A DNA stretch of 55,127 bases. It comes from a virus. Made by a program: the position numbers and the translations under genes. This document shows, in pieces, positions 15,163-23,878 of the stretch. The DNA is taken from the IMG/VR virus record IMGVR_UViG_3300045988_100944. One strand, 5' to 3'. Positions within the stretch are counted from its first letter, which is position 1. Each line of letters begins with the position of its first letter. The notes below the pieces were generated by a model. The model did not search any database. It saw only the letters and a list, made by a program, of their open reading frames with translations, and had not been told where the DNA came from.

Positions 15163-15312
15163 ATGTACGATGAAAAAGAATGTTGCGGTAAGTGCAAGTA
15201 TGCCAGTGTAGACCATGAGTTGCTTTTTACCTGCAATAACGAGGATAGTGAATATTACACTGATTACACGGAATATGATTATGGCTGTGATTATTTTGAG
15301 CCGAAGGAGTGA
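15163..15312 (+). CDS. 49-aa Cys-rich acidic peptide
   Basis: Own translation MYDEKECCGKCKYASVDHELLFTCNNEDSEYYTDYTEYDYGCDYFEPKE. Confidence 0.4.
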   Translation: MYDEKECCGKCKYASVDHELLFTCNNEDSEYYTDYTEYDYGCDYFEPKE

Positions 15313-15317
15313 ATGGT

Positions 15318-15548
15318 ATGAGAATTTTGAGCCAAGATAGAACAGCTTCCATTGATGAAAGTGGAGTATTGCTGTTGGTTTCTGAAAACTATGTTGTAGC
15401 CGCTTTTCCTATCGAAGAAGTTGGCCTCATACGTCTTGGAGGATATAAGAACAAAGAGCGGGCAATGGAAGTGCTTGCAGACATTCACACTCTGTATGAA
15501 GAACTCCCCTTCTCTGGCAGTACAGTTTTTTATATGCCAAAGGAGTGA
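15318..15548 (+). CDS. MRI-SQ family small protein, paralog a
   Basis: MRILSQDRTASID...FYMPKE; GAAGGAG RBS. Confidence 0.6.
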   Translation: MRILSQDRTASIDESGVLLLVSENYVVAAFPIEEVGLIRLGGYKNKERAMEVLADIHTLYEELPFSGSTVFYMPKE

Positions 15549-15550
15549 GC

Positions 15551-15787
15551 ATGATGATAACGATTATTAGTCAAGATAGAAAGCATTCTGTTGGCAAGGA
15601 TAAATTTCATAGAATAGATATTTTTAGACACGGGAAAGAAATCATTGCAGAAAAAGACAGGGAGCGAATACTACTTGGTCGCTATACGAAAACAGAGCGG
15701 TCTTGTGAAATATTCCAAAAATTATGCCTTGTCATAAGGAAAGACATTCCGAATTGTGGTGACTTTTTCTATATGCCGAGATATTAA
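15551..15787 (+). CDS. MRI-SQ family small protein, paralog b
   Basis: MMITIISQDRKHSV...FFYMPRY. Confidence 0.6.
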   Translation: MMITIISQDRKHSVGKDKFHRIDIFRHGKEIIAEKDRERILLGRYTKTERSCEIFQKLCLVIRKDIPNCGDFFYMPRY

Positions 15788-15911
15788 ACTCTGATATGTA
15801 CCCTGTTTGTTGCGCTTGCCTTTGAGCGGTTTAGTTCATGACTGTACGGCGATTATGGCAAGAAACAAGGCGGCTATAGACGCTGATTTTCGGACGCAGG
15901 GTCTTATATAT

Positions 15912-15982
15912 GCACCAGTAGTTTAATGGCAGAACATCAGCCTTCCAAGCTGAATAAACGGGTTTGATTCCCGTCTGGTGCT
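15912..15982 (+). tRNA. tRNA-Gly (UCC)
   Basis: Hand-folded cloverleaf: acceptor GCACCAG/CTGGTGC, anticodon arm TCAGC-CTTCCAA-GCTGA, T arm ACGGG-TTTGATT-CCCGT (T-loop non-canonical). Confidence 0.7.
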
Positions 15983-16165
15983 TTTCATCGGATTTTTGGA
16001 CATTTTTCCCGATGAATAACACGACCTTTCACCCGCTAGGGGAATCCTGTTAAGAGCCATCGCACGGCTCGGTGGGTTTTTGGCTTGTATGCCGATGGGG
16101 ACTGGCAACAAGACCAAACACCAACTTCATATTTGGGGCGTTTTAACGGCATCACGCCCCACTCT

Positions 16166-16239
16166 GGATTCTTAGCTCAGTTGGTCAGAGCATCCGGCTC
16201 ATAACCGGACGGTCCTCGGTTCGAGTCCGAGAGAATCCA
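16166..16239 (+). tRNA. tRNA-Met (CAU), elongator type or Ile2 (lysidine)
   Basis: GGATTCT/AGAATCC acceptor, TAGCTCAGTTGGTCAGAGC D arm, TCCGG-CTCATAA-CCGGA, CTCGG-TTCGAGT-CCGAG. Confidence 0.9.
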
Positions 16240-16593
16240 TTTGCGGTCTTTCGGTATCATGGTTTATCGCAATCATTGGTTCTGCTGACTGACCGTATGA
16301 TTCGGGGTCGCTCCCCTCCGTGGAAATCGGACGGAACACAAACCGATAGGAATTGTGACACATCGGAGAGCAACGATGCGGGATGCTCAGGATGGCATCA
16401 ACAGGGTATGGACGCTACCAACATACTTGGAGTGATGAAAACTGCGTTCAAGTCAGTCCGTTTTGCTGGTTTCGTGACTGACATTAAACTCAAAACTGAA
16501 AAATCATGATGGGGATTGGATAGAAACTTGATTTAGGTGAGGTCGATTCGGATTTCACTATTAGAGATGGTGTCTTTTAAATCCCCATCCTCT
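16240..16593 (+). ncRNA. Candidate structured RNA between tRNAs (family unassigned)
   Basis: No credible ORF; many stems e.g. GTCAGTC 16452-16458 / GACTGAC 16476-16482, CCGAT/ATCGG, GATGC/GCATC. Confidence 0.3.
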
Positions 16594-16685
16594 GCCAACA
16601 TACCGAAACGGTTATAACGGCGTGGTCTTGAAAACCATTGTGTCGGTTAGAATCCGACATGGGGGTTCAAATCCCTCTGTTGGCG
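16594..16685 (+). tRNA. tRNA-Ser (UGA), class II
   Basis: GCCAACA/TGTTGGC acceptor, GTGGT-CTTGAAA-ACCAT, long variable arm GTCGG-TTAGAAT-CCGAC, GGGGG-TTCAAAT-CCCTC. Confidence 0.85.
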
Positions 16686-16705
16686 TTTGGGTTCACGATG
16701 AAAAC

Positions 16706-16816
16706 CTTACTCGCAACCTTATGGGTTAAAATCGTTGTAAAAATGCGTGCGCCGAAAGCATTCTTTTAGGTCTGCGATAAAGCGGGCCTACCCCGGGTTA
16801 TTAGCCTGCGAGTAGG
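16706..16816 (+). ncRNA. Candidate structured RNA closed by a 10-bp long-range helix
   Basis: CTTACTCGCA 16706-16715 pairs with TGCGAGTAGG 16807-16816; nested AATGC/GCATT and CGGG/CCCG hairpins. Confidence 0.3.
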
Positions 16817-16844
16817 CATAGGATAATTCAATTTTGAATTATGG

Positions 16845-16971
16845 TAGATGGTGGCGGAATAGGTAAACGCTTATATCTAAGAACTGATAGTGGTCGGGTA
16901 CAATATCGTACGGAGGACGCTGATAGGAATGCGGTTCATGTGTGGTGCAAATCCACACCCATCTAAGAGGT
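16845..16971 (+). ncRNA. Oversized tRNA-like element (about 127 nt)
   Basis: TAGATGG/CCATCTA acceptor-like, TG + GCGGAATAGGTAAACGC class-II D arm, GTGTGG-TGCAAAT-CCACAC T-like arm; no canonical anticodon arm. Confidence 0.3.
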
Positions 16972-17029
16972 CTGGTCGCACCAGAATAGAGTGTTGGTTG
17001 CGTAAATCCCACTTGAATTAAAAAAATGC

Positions 17030-17076
17030 CGATGGCAGATTGGATGTACCCCTTTCTGCCTATCGGAAACGCACAA
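17030..17076 (-). terminator. Minus-oriented terminator in a plus-strand region
   Basis: Minus strand CCGATAGGCAGA/TCTGCCATCGG stem then CATTTTTTT. Confidence 0.55.
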
Positions 17077-17119
17077 GTTATCCCGATTATTTGATTGAAA
17101 ACGAAAGGCGGTGTTTGCA

Positions 17120-17365
17120 ATGGCACAAGGCGTAAAAACCATAAGCAAGAGAAAATTCTTTGAAGCGTTTGAGGCGTTCTGTAGCGGACGGATGACACTT
17201 TCCAAAGCCGCGAGATATATCGGCATCAGCGTGCCTACTGCCTCTAAATATTTCAACATGTACATAAAGGGAGAACCATTTCCAGATACACTATTTGTGG
17301 ATGAAGACCGTCAAAATCGACTTGAACAGTCTGAGAAATATGACCGCAGACTATTCGGCAAGTGA
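17120..17365 (+). CDS. Small HTH protein
   Basis: Trimmed to MAQGVK; MTLSKAARYIGISVPTASKYF. Confidence 0.55.
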   Translation: MAQGVKTISKRKFFEAFEAFCSGRMTLSKAARYIGISVPTASKYFNMYIKGEPFPDTLFVDEDRQNRLEQSEKYDRRLFGK

Positions 17366-17406
17366 TAACGAATGATGAATATTTGCGATTTAAGGAGTTG
17401 TGAACA

Positions 17407-17682
17407 ATGAAACACAAAGAAGAATGGTACGTTTGTGATAGGTGCGGCAATAAATTTGACAGGCTCCCGCAAGATAAAATTTGGCTTACAAGAATGAAAA
17501 TGAACCATGAAGAATTTAAAGCGATATACGAAGAAACTGAGGGGTATATTTCAGATAAACATGAGCTAACAGGCGGTGTTTTATCTGTTGAGATAGAGGT
17601 ACGCTCCAGAAGAAGAGAAAAAATAATTCACTTATGCCCGAAATGCAGGAAAGATTTTGAGAGGTTTATGAACAATGAATAA
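17407..17682 (+). CDS. Zinc-ribbon protein (91 aa)
   Basis: CDRCGNKF ... CPKCRKDF; AAGGAG RBS. Confidence 0.6.
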   Translation: MKHKEEWYVCDRCGNKFDRLPQDKIWLTRMKMNHEEFKAIYEETEGYISDKHELTGGVLSVEIEVRSRRREKIIHLCPKCRKDFERFMNNE

Positions 17683-17818
17683 CTGCGATTTCATAACTTG
17701 CAGATACAACAAAGACGGTAAATGTAACGATATTGATAACCGAAAAGAATGTGTTAAAGTCGCAAGACTGGTATTATGCAAGGATTTTGCCTATGAGAGA
17801 GAAATCAATAACAGGTAA
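17675..17818 (+). CDS. 47-aa Cys-rich peptide
   Basis: Own translation MNNCDFITCRYNKDGKCNDIDNRKECVKVARLVLCKDFAYEREINNR. Confidence 0.35.
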   Translation: MNNCDFITCRYNKDGKCNDIDNRKECVKVARLVLCKDFAYEREINNR

Positions 17819-17978
17819 ATACATAGGAAACGCCATAGGATACTGTCACTGTAAGGCTCATGCTGGTGCGTTGAACAAGGAACTTGCTTACAAGCATAAA
17901 TGTATTGCTAAACGGTGTAAATGGCTTGAGAAGTACAATGATGAGGCGTGGAGAAGGAAAGAAAGGTATGTGAGATAA
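17793..17978 (+). CDS. Small Cys/His-rich protein
   Basis: ORF track 17733..17978 trimmed to MREKSITGKY...CHCKAH...CIAKRC. Confidence 0.4.
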   Translation: MREKSITGKYIGNAIGYCHCKAHAGALNKELAYKHKCIAKRCKWLEKYNDEAWRRKERYVR

Positions 17979-17981
17979 TTT

Positions 17982-18063
17982 GCAGTCATGGCGTAATGGT
18001 ATCGTAGCGGATTGCTAATCCGTCCGTCAAAATGATGTGTAGGTTCGATTCCTACTGACTGCG
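17982..18063 (+). tRNA. tRNA-Ser (GCU), class II
   Basis: GCAGTCA/TGACTGC acceptor, GCGGA-TTGCTAA-TCCGT, variable arm CGTCA-AAA-TGATG, GTAGG-TTCGATT-CCTAC. Confidence 0.85.
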
Positions 18064-18078
18064 TCAAGGAAGGAGAGT

Positions 18079-18369
18079 ATGATGCACATGAAAAAAATTT
18101 GTTTCTTGGTAGCAATAGGTTTCGCTTTAGTTTGCGGAATGACTGGTGCTGCAACTCTTGGCAAAATGATTGCAAATGCTAGAAACGATGCAAAAGGAGG
18201 ATTGCAGAGAACCATTACTGTGTATACAGCGGATGGCAAGAAAATAGCAAATTATGAAGGGAAAATTGATATCGAGACCACCAGTGGCGGTTATGTTAAA
18301 TTTGATTTTGACGGAAAAAGATATATTTACTACAACTGCTTTGTGGAAACTATTGCAGACATAAACTAA
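18079..18369 (+). CDS. Small secreted/membrane-anchored protein (DUF5052-like from memory)
   Basis: N-terminal KKICFLVAIGFALVCGMTGAA; TVYTADGKKIANYEGKIDIE...FDFDGKRYIYYN. Confidence 0.55.
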   Translation: MMHMKKICFLVAIGFALVCGMTGAATLGKMIANARNDAKGGLQRTITVYTADGKKIANYEGKIDIETTSGGYVKFDFDGKRYIYYNCFVETIADIN

Positions 18370-18473
18370 AAACAATTACCGACTAACAATTTGGAAGTTA
18401 GCCGCTAACCCTAAACATCTGAGGGCAAAGGATTTTTGCACCTTTGCTTATTTGAGCGGAGGTGCTTTTTTTA

Positions 18474-20216
18474 ATGGCAAGTTTTGAATTGATAAGTGCC
18501 GTACAGGACTACGAGAAATACATAGAAACAAATGGAATCAATGAGCAGGTTATTGATGCGTATTGCGAAGCTGCCAAAACCGCTGCTACGAATGAGAAGG
18601 ATATTGAGTACGGTCTTAAAATATCAAAAAGGTGTAAGGAAATCATTGAAACCTTTTGCGTTGATACTTCTGGAGGCACAATTTGGGATTTAGAAAAATA
18701 CGCTTTCAAAGAAAAAGTAAGCTATGAAATTATAGAAAAATTTTATTCCGTCTTACTGATAGAAGCGCAGAATAAGGTTGTCGATAGTTTCTTTCGTTAT
18801 ATCGAACACAAAAGAGAACCGAAGGAGCGGTTTTATATGCCAAGGCGGAAACAGTTCTTAAAAATTGGTCTGGTAGATGCACTGCAAGGGATGATTGATG
18901 ATAAGTACGATATTCTGTGTATCAGCCTAATTCCTGGGGCCGGGAAAACGACAATCGAGAAATTCTTCAATGCCGCGATTATCGGTTGGTATCCGAAGGA
19001 CTTCAATCTGTTTTATTCTCATAGCGGTGATATTACCAGAATGTATTACGATGGCATGTACGATATTGTCACCAACGCGGATGAATACGCATGGAACGAA
19101 ATATTCCCTAACCTTAGCGTGACGAACACGAACGCCAAGATGGAGCAGTTTAATGTCGGGAAATATAAGCCGTTCCCCTCTGTTCAGTGTACATCCGTAG
19201 GTAGTAAGAACGCTGGTAAGGTTCGTGCATCGAAATTTCTGCTTGTTGACGATATGATAGGCGGTATCGAAGAAGCAATGAACCCTATGATACTTGATAA
19301 GCTATGGAACAAATACGCTGTTGACGCAAGACAGAGAAAAATACAGGACACTACGGGGCATAACTGCAAGGAGATACATATTGCTACCAGATGGAGTGTT
19401 CATGACGTTATCGGGCGCATACAGAATATGTATGAGGGCAACTCAAGGGTAAAGGTAATTGCGGTTCCTGACATTGACCCGATTACAGGAGAAAGCAATT
19501 TTGATTATGAGTTTTCCGGGTTCGATGTCGCGTTTTTTGAAGACCAGCAACTATTGATGGACGATATTTCCTACAAGTGCCTATATAAACAGGAGCCAAT
19601 TGAGCGCGAGGGTCTGGTATTCCCTGATGACAAGATACGCCGATACCTCAATCTTCCACACGGAGAGCCGGATATTATCACTGCACAGTGCGACACGAAA
19701 GGAAAAGGAACGGACTATTTTGTCCTGCCAATCCTGCAAAAATACGGTGATGACTACTACTGCGTGGATTGCGTTTGCGATAATACCGCAGACTATGAAA
19801 TGCAGTACGAAAACGCCGCAAATGCTATTGTCAATAATGGGGTTCAGGAGTGCGAATTTGAGCGAAACGCAGGCGGAGACAGGGTTGCTATGGAAGTGAA
19901 TAAACGTGTAGAGGCTAAGGGTTGGATTTGCAATATTACAGATACGCCTACCGAAACGAACAAAGAGGCAAGAATTTTCCAGTGTTCAAACTGGATTATG
20001 CAACACATTATTTTTAAAGACCAGTCCTTGTATACGCCGAAAGAACCATACGGCGTTATGATGTCACTTCTGAAACGATATTCAGTAAGCGGAAAGAAGC
20101 AGCTGGATGACGTTCCAGACGTATTCTCGAACTTCGCGGTCAGAATTACGAGGGGAGCCAGAACTGCAAAAGTAGAAGCAGCTATCAATCCGTTCAGAGG
20201 GGGTATGTCTTGGTGA
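18474..20216 (+). CDS. terL: Terminase large subunit
   Basis: Walker A LIPGAGKTT, Walker B FLLVDDMIGG, size and position upstream of portal. Confidence 0.9.
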   Translation: MASFELISAVQDYEKYIETNGINEQVIDAYCEAAKTAATNEKDIEYGLKISKRCKEIIETFCVDTSGGTIWDLEKYAFKEKVSYEIIEKFYSVLLIEAQNKVVDSFFRYIEHKREPKERFYMPRRKQFLKIGLVDALQGMIDDKYDILCISLIPGAGKTTIEKFFNAAIIGWYPKDFNLFYSHSGDITRMYYDGMYDIVTNADEYAWNEIFPNLSVTNTNAKMEQFNVGKYKPFPSVQCTSVGSKNAGKVRASKFLLVDDMIGGIEEAMNPMILDKLWNKYAVDARQRKIQDTTGHNCKEIHIATRWSVHDVIGRIQNMYEGNSRVKVIAVPDIDPITGESNFDYEFSGFDVAFFEDQQLLMDDISYKCLYKQEPIEREGLVFPDDKIRRYLNLPHGEPDIITAQCDTKGKGTDYFVLPILQKYGDDYYCVDCVCDNTADYEMQYENAANAIVNNGVQECEFERNAGGDRVAMEVNKRVEAKGWICNITDTPTETNKEARIFQCSNWIMQHIIFKDQSLYTPKEPYGVMMSLLKRYSVSGKKQLDDVPDVFSNFAVRITRGARTAKVEAAINPFRGGMSW

Positions 20217-20641
20217 CGAAAGAAATCTTGAAGCAATACACTGATTTACAGCAGGAATGTGTTGAAGTGCGAAAAAAAATAAACACCCTTGAAAATCAGA
20301 TAGCACGAATTGAACAGGATGGCAGCGTCAGAGACAAGGTTTCTGGTGGAATTGGCGGCTGGCAGAGTTTTACCATCGAAGGATTTCCTTACCCGGAATA
20401 CAACCGTAAGAAAGCCTTGCTCTATTCCAGAAAGGCTACGCTTTGTGCCCTAGAAATGGAAATCATGGAAACTATCAATCAGATAGAATCGTTTATTGCG
20501 ACCGTTGAAGACAGCCACATGCGGCGCATTATTCATCTTAGATTTGTCGAGGGGTTGTCTTGGGGGGACGTTGCAAAGCGTATCGGCGGAAATACAGAGG
20601 ACAGCGTCAAGAAAATGTTCTATCGTTTTCTTGAAAAATGA
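20210..20641 (+). CDS. Sigma-70 region-4-like HTH protein with coiled-coil N-terminus
   Basis: RRIIHLRFVEGLSWGDVAKRIGGNTEDSVKKMFYRFLEK; TTG/GTG start overlapping terL stop. Confidence 0.65.
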   Translation: MVTKEILKQYTDLQQECVEVRKKINTLENQIARIEQDGSVRDKVSGGIGGWQSFTIEGFPYPEYNRKKALLYSRKATLCALEMEIMETINQIESFIATVEDSHMRRIIHLRFVEGLSWGDVAKRIGGNTEDSVKKMFYRFLEK

Positions 20642-20760
20642 GAAGTTGTCTCCAATGTCCCGAAAAAATCTGCTATAGTTACAATAAAGAATAATGCGAA
20701 CAGACAAACGCTGGCACTTGCCAGTGTTTTTGTTTTGCCTTTTTTGAAAGGAGGTGCTTT

Positions 20761-22194
20761 ATGAATAGTAGAACACTTCAAGATATCCTGCGTGGATGCT
20801 ATGGCAGGAAAGTAGCGTATACGGACGCAGAGAAGATAACGCCCGATAACATCATAAGCGTACTTGGCAAGTGTATAGGCATTTTCAATCTCAATAAAAC
20901 AGCGATTGATTACCTCTGGCACTACTACAAGGGAGACCAGCCGATACGTTATCGTCAGAAGATTGTGCGTGACGATATTGTAAATAAGATTGTAGAGAAT
21001 CACGCCTATGAGATTGTGCAGTTCAAGGTTGGGCAGACATATGGCGAGCCTGTACAGTTTGTCAGCCGCAAGGACGATGAACGGATAAACAAGGCTGTTG
21101 ACATTCTGAATGATTACATGGTTGATGTTGATAAACAGTCAAAGGATATTAAATCGGGTGAATGGCAGTCAGCAACCGGCACTTCCTTTAAGGCAGCTCA
21201 GTTCGCGGATGGAGATATAAAATTTCGCATTGTCTCCCCCACTCCACTGAACACCTTTGTCATTTACAACCGCAGCACAGAAGAACCGATACTGGCTGTA
21301 CAGGAATTGAAAAATAAGAATGGTGAATGGTATAAATTATGCTTCACCGAAACACATTCCTGCGAAATACATAATTCGAACGTTGCGAATTGGAAACTTC
21401 ATGCTTTCGGCGGCATACCGATTGTGGAATATCCTAATAACCATGAGAGGTTGTCGGATATTGAACTTGTCATCGATATTCTAGATTCTATCAACAATAT
21501 GCAGTCTAACCGAATGGATTCTATTGAGCAGTTTGTTCAGTCATGGGTGAAATTCGTGAACTGTGATGTGGATAGCGAAACCTATCAAAAAATGAAACAG
21601 CAAGGCGCGCTGGTAGTCAGGTCTAATAACGGAGAAAACAAAGCCGATGTCGATATCATGACACAGGAACTGAACCAGACAGAATCACAGGTTGCAAAGG
21701 ATGACCTTTGGGATAACGCCCTTTCTATCCTCGCAATCCCAAATAAAAACAATAATAACTCTGGCGGTGATACGCAGGGTGCGGTACAGCTTCGTAATGG
21801 TTGGGATTTCTCAAAGACGAGAGCAAAGCTGAAAGACCCCATTGTAAAAGCGGCAGAGAAACGCCTTGCAAAGGTAGTGCTGAATATCATCCGTATTAAG
21901 CATGAGGATTTAGGTATTACCACAAGGGATTTTGATGTGCAGATAAATCATAGTCCGCAGGACAATATGTATACAAAATCGCAGACACTCTATCAGCTTT
22001 TGCAGGCAGGAATACACCCTCTTATCGCAGTTAAAACTGTTGGCTTGTGGGGAGATTCCGAAAAAACCTTCCTTCTTTCTAAGCCGTATATGGATGCTTT
22101 GTGGCAGACAGCGGAAGAAAAGGAAGAAAAAGAAGAACAGGAACGAAAGGCAGCGGAGATTGTGAAACAGTCTCAAACGGTTGCAGAAGAATAA
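20761..22194 (+). CDS. Portal protein
   Basis: 477 aa directly after terL module; GGAGGTG RBS; acidic C-tail. Confidence 0.85.
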   Translation: MNSRTLQDILRGCYGRKVAYTDAEKITPDNIISVLGKCIGIFNLNKTAIDYLWHYYKGDQPIRYRQKIVRDDIVNKIVENHAYEIVQFKVGQTYGEPVQFVSRKDDERINKAVDILNDYMVDVDKQSKDIKSGEWQSATGTSFKAAQFADGDIKFRIVSPTPLNTFVIYNRSTEEPILAVQELKNKNGEWYKLCFTETHSCEIHNSNVANWKLHAFGGIPIVEYPNNHERLSDIELVIDILDSINNMQSNRMDSIEQFVQSWVKFVNCDVDSETYQKMKQQGALVVRSNNGENKADVDIMTQELNQTESQVAKDDLWDNALSILAIPNKNNNNSGGDTQGAVQLRNGWDFSKTRAKLKDPIVKAAEKRLAKVVLNIIRIKHEDLGITTRDFDVQINHSPQDNMYTKSQTLYQLLQAGIHPLIAVKTVGLWGDSEKTFLLSKPYMDALWQTAEEKEEKEEQERKAAEIVKQSQTVAEE

Positions 22195-22206
22195 AGAGGT
22201 GGTTTC

Positions 22207-22827
22207 ATGTCAAGAATCCCGAATGACGAATTACATACAGAGAAAATTGTATATGAAACCTATTTTGGCGAAATGGAAATATCTGACGAAGAAAAGAAAG
22301 AACGGCTTGAGTTGGCAAAAGAACTTGAGCCGATTTTTATTTCTTTTTTTTATGCTTTCTTGGAACAAGAAGGAAATGAAGGAGACTTCATTCAAAGTCT
22401 TTCCGCAGAATACGAAAAGACGGCGTTGAAGTTTCTAAAGGTCAGAGAACCAACAGCATACATAAAAGAATATTCGGAGAAAATCACAGAAGATATTATC
22501 CGAACAACCGTTGAAAATAAGGATACGCCCTACTTTACATCTGTTGAGCGTGCCATGAACATTGCGGCGAACGAAGCAAATACCATAGGCAACTACCGAG
22601 AATACACCAGAATGGTTAAGCAGGGTTATAAGTACAAGACTTGGATAACCATGCTTGATGATAAGGTGCGGCATACACACGCCGAAGCGAATGGATATAA
22701 AGTCGGGATATTCGATTCTTTTCAAATAGGTGCATCCGAGATGTCTTTCCCTCGTGACTACTCTTTGGGAGCGAGCGCAGAGGAAATTGTAAATTGCAGA
22801 TGCAGTCTTAAATACACGAAAACTTAA
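22207..22827 (+). CDS. Head morphogenesis protein (Mu F / SPP1 gp7-like)
   Basis: DDKVRHTHAEANG...FPRD...NCRCSL motif set. Confidence 0.8.
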   Translation: MSRIPNDELHTEKIVYETYFGEMEISDEEKKERLELAKELEPIFISFFYAFLEQEGNEGDFIQSLSAEYEKTALKFLKVREPTAYIKEYSEKITEDIIRTTVENKDTPYFTSVERAMNIAANEANTIGNYREYTRMVKQGYKYKTWITMLDDKVRHTHAEANGYKVGIFDSFQIGASEMSFPRDYSLGASAEEIVNCRCSLKYTKT

Positions 22828-22851
22828 ACAGTCCTTAGCGGCTGTTTTTTG
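22828..22851 (+). terminator. Intrinsic terminator
   Basis: ACAGTC/GGCTGT stem then TTTTTGTTT. Confidence 0.55.
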
Positions 22852-22950
22852 TTTGCAAAAAAAATAAGTAGCTATGCGGTAAATAGCAAAACTCAGCAGG
22901 CGCGACCTGCGGTAACAAAAGCGTGAGTAAAAGAACAGGAGGTAATAACC

Positions 22951-23511
22951 ATGAAACGAGAAGATGTGCTGAAACTTTTTCCAGAAGCAACAGATGAGCA
23001 GATTACCAATCTGCTGAATCAGAGCAACAAGGAAGTGCTGAACGAGAAAAACAAGGTAGCGCAGTACAAAGAAAAAGCCGATAAAGCAGATGAATTACAG
23101 GCTAAGATTGACGAATTGGAATCCAATGGATTGTCTGAGACCGAAAAAGCCAACAAAGCGTTGGAAACGGCAAACGCAAGAATCGCAGAACTTGAAAAGG
23201 CACAGACATTGGCAAACCAGAGAGCGGCGGCGGCTGAAAAATTCAAAGTAACCGCTGAACAGGCGGAGCAGATTGTGAAGGATGACGGCACATTTGATTA
23301 TGACGTTCTCGGTCAGATTATTACCGAAAAAGAAACGGCAGCAGCCAAAGCCAAGGAAGATGAAATTGCGGCAGGCAGTCAGAATCCCGGCGGCGGTACT
23401 GGCGGAAACGGAAAAGAAGAAACGGACGCTGAAAAGATGGCGAAGGAAATCGGCGGTGCTTTTTCCGATGCAAATAAAACGGCTGAATCCGTATTGAAAA
23501 ATTATATGTAA
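22951..23511 (+). CDS. Scaffolding protein
   Basis: 186 aa, coiled-coil A/E/K-rich, between portal module and capsid. Confidence 0.75.
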   Translation: MKREDVLKLFPEATDEQITNLLNQSNKEVLNEKNKVAQYKEKADKADELQAKIDELESNGLSETEKANKALETANARIAELEKAQTLANQRAAAAEKFKVTAEQAEQIVKDDGTFDYDVLGQIITEKETAAAKAKEDEIAAGSQNPGGGTGGNGKEETDAEKMAKEIGGAFSDANKTAESVLKNYM

Positions 23512-23524
23512 GGAGGATGAAAAA

Positions 23525-23863
23525 ATGAAGTTTAAAGAATCAAGCGTAACTACGCAAAATGAAATTCTGAAAAGAAAACTTGGTGGTGAATTGTTCACGC
23601 CTGTCACTTTGGACGCATCCGCGTTTGCAGATGGTGTTTGCAGGGCCGGGAATCCTATTTCCGCAGAGGGGAAAAAGGTAAATGGTGGAAGCGGTGATTC
23701 GGCGGCAGTCGGTATCCTGCTTTATGACGTGTACGATTCTAACCCTAACGGCACTATTATCAAGGCTTTTGCTTGTGTAAATGAAGCAAATGCGAACGCG
23801 AACGCAGGAATTACGATTGCGGAGGCGGTAAAGACGGCACTGCCACTGATTGTATTTGAATAA
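23525..23863 (+). CDS. Head decoration-type protein (position-based)
   Basis: 112 aa immediately upstream of E-type capsid gene, as gpD precedes gpE in lambda. Confidence 0.45.
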   Translation: MKFKESSVTTQNEILKRKLGGELFTPVTLDASAFADGVCRAGNPISAEGKKVNGGSGDSAAVGILLYDVYDSNPNGTIIKAFACVNEANANANAGITIAEAVKTALPLIVFE

Positions 23864-23878
23864 GGAGGTGCAAAAGTA

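Noticed and set aside
16276-16509. 77-aa ORF inside the tRNA island
   Set aside because: It has no RBS and an odd composition. It lies in a helix-dense region between tRNAs, so it is treated as RNA rather than coding sequence.
16872-16891. Suppressor (CUA) or quadruplet-decoding tRNA suggesting stop-codon recoding
   Set aside because: No 5-bp anticodon stem can be drawn around a CUA loop. All large genes are intact under the standard bacterial code, so recoding is not indicated.
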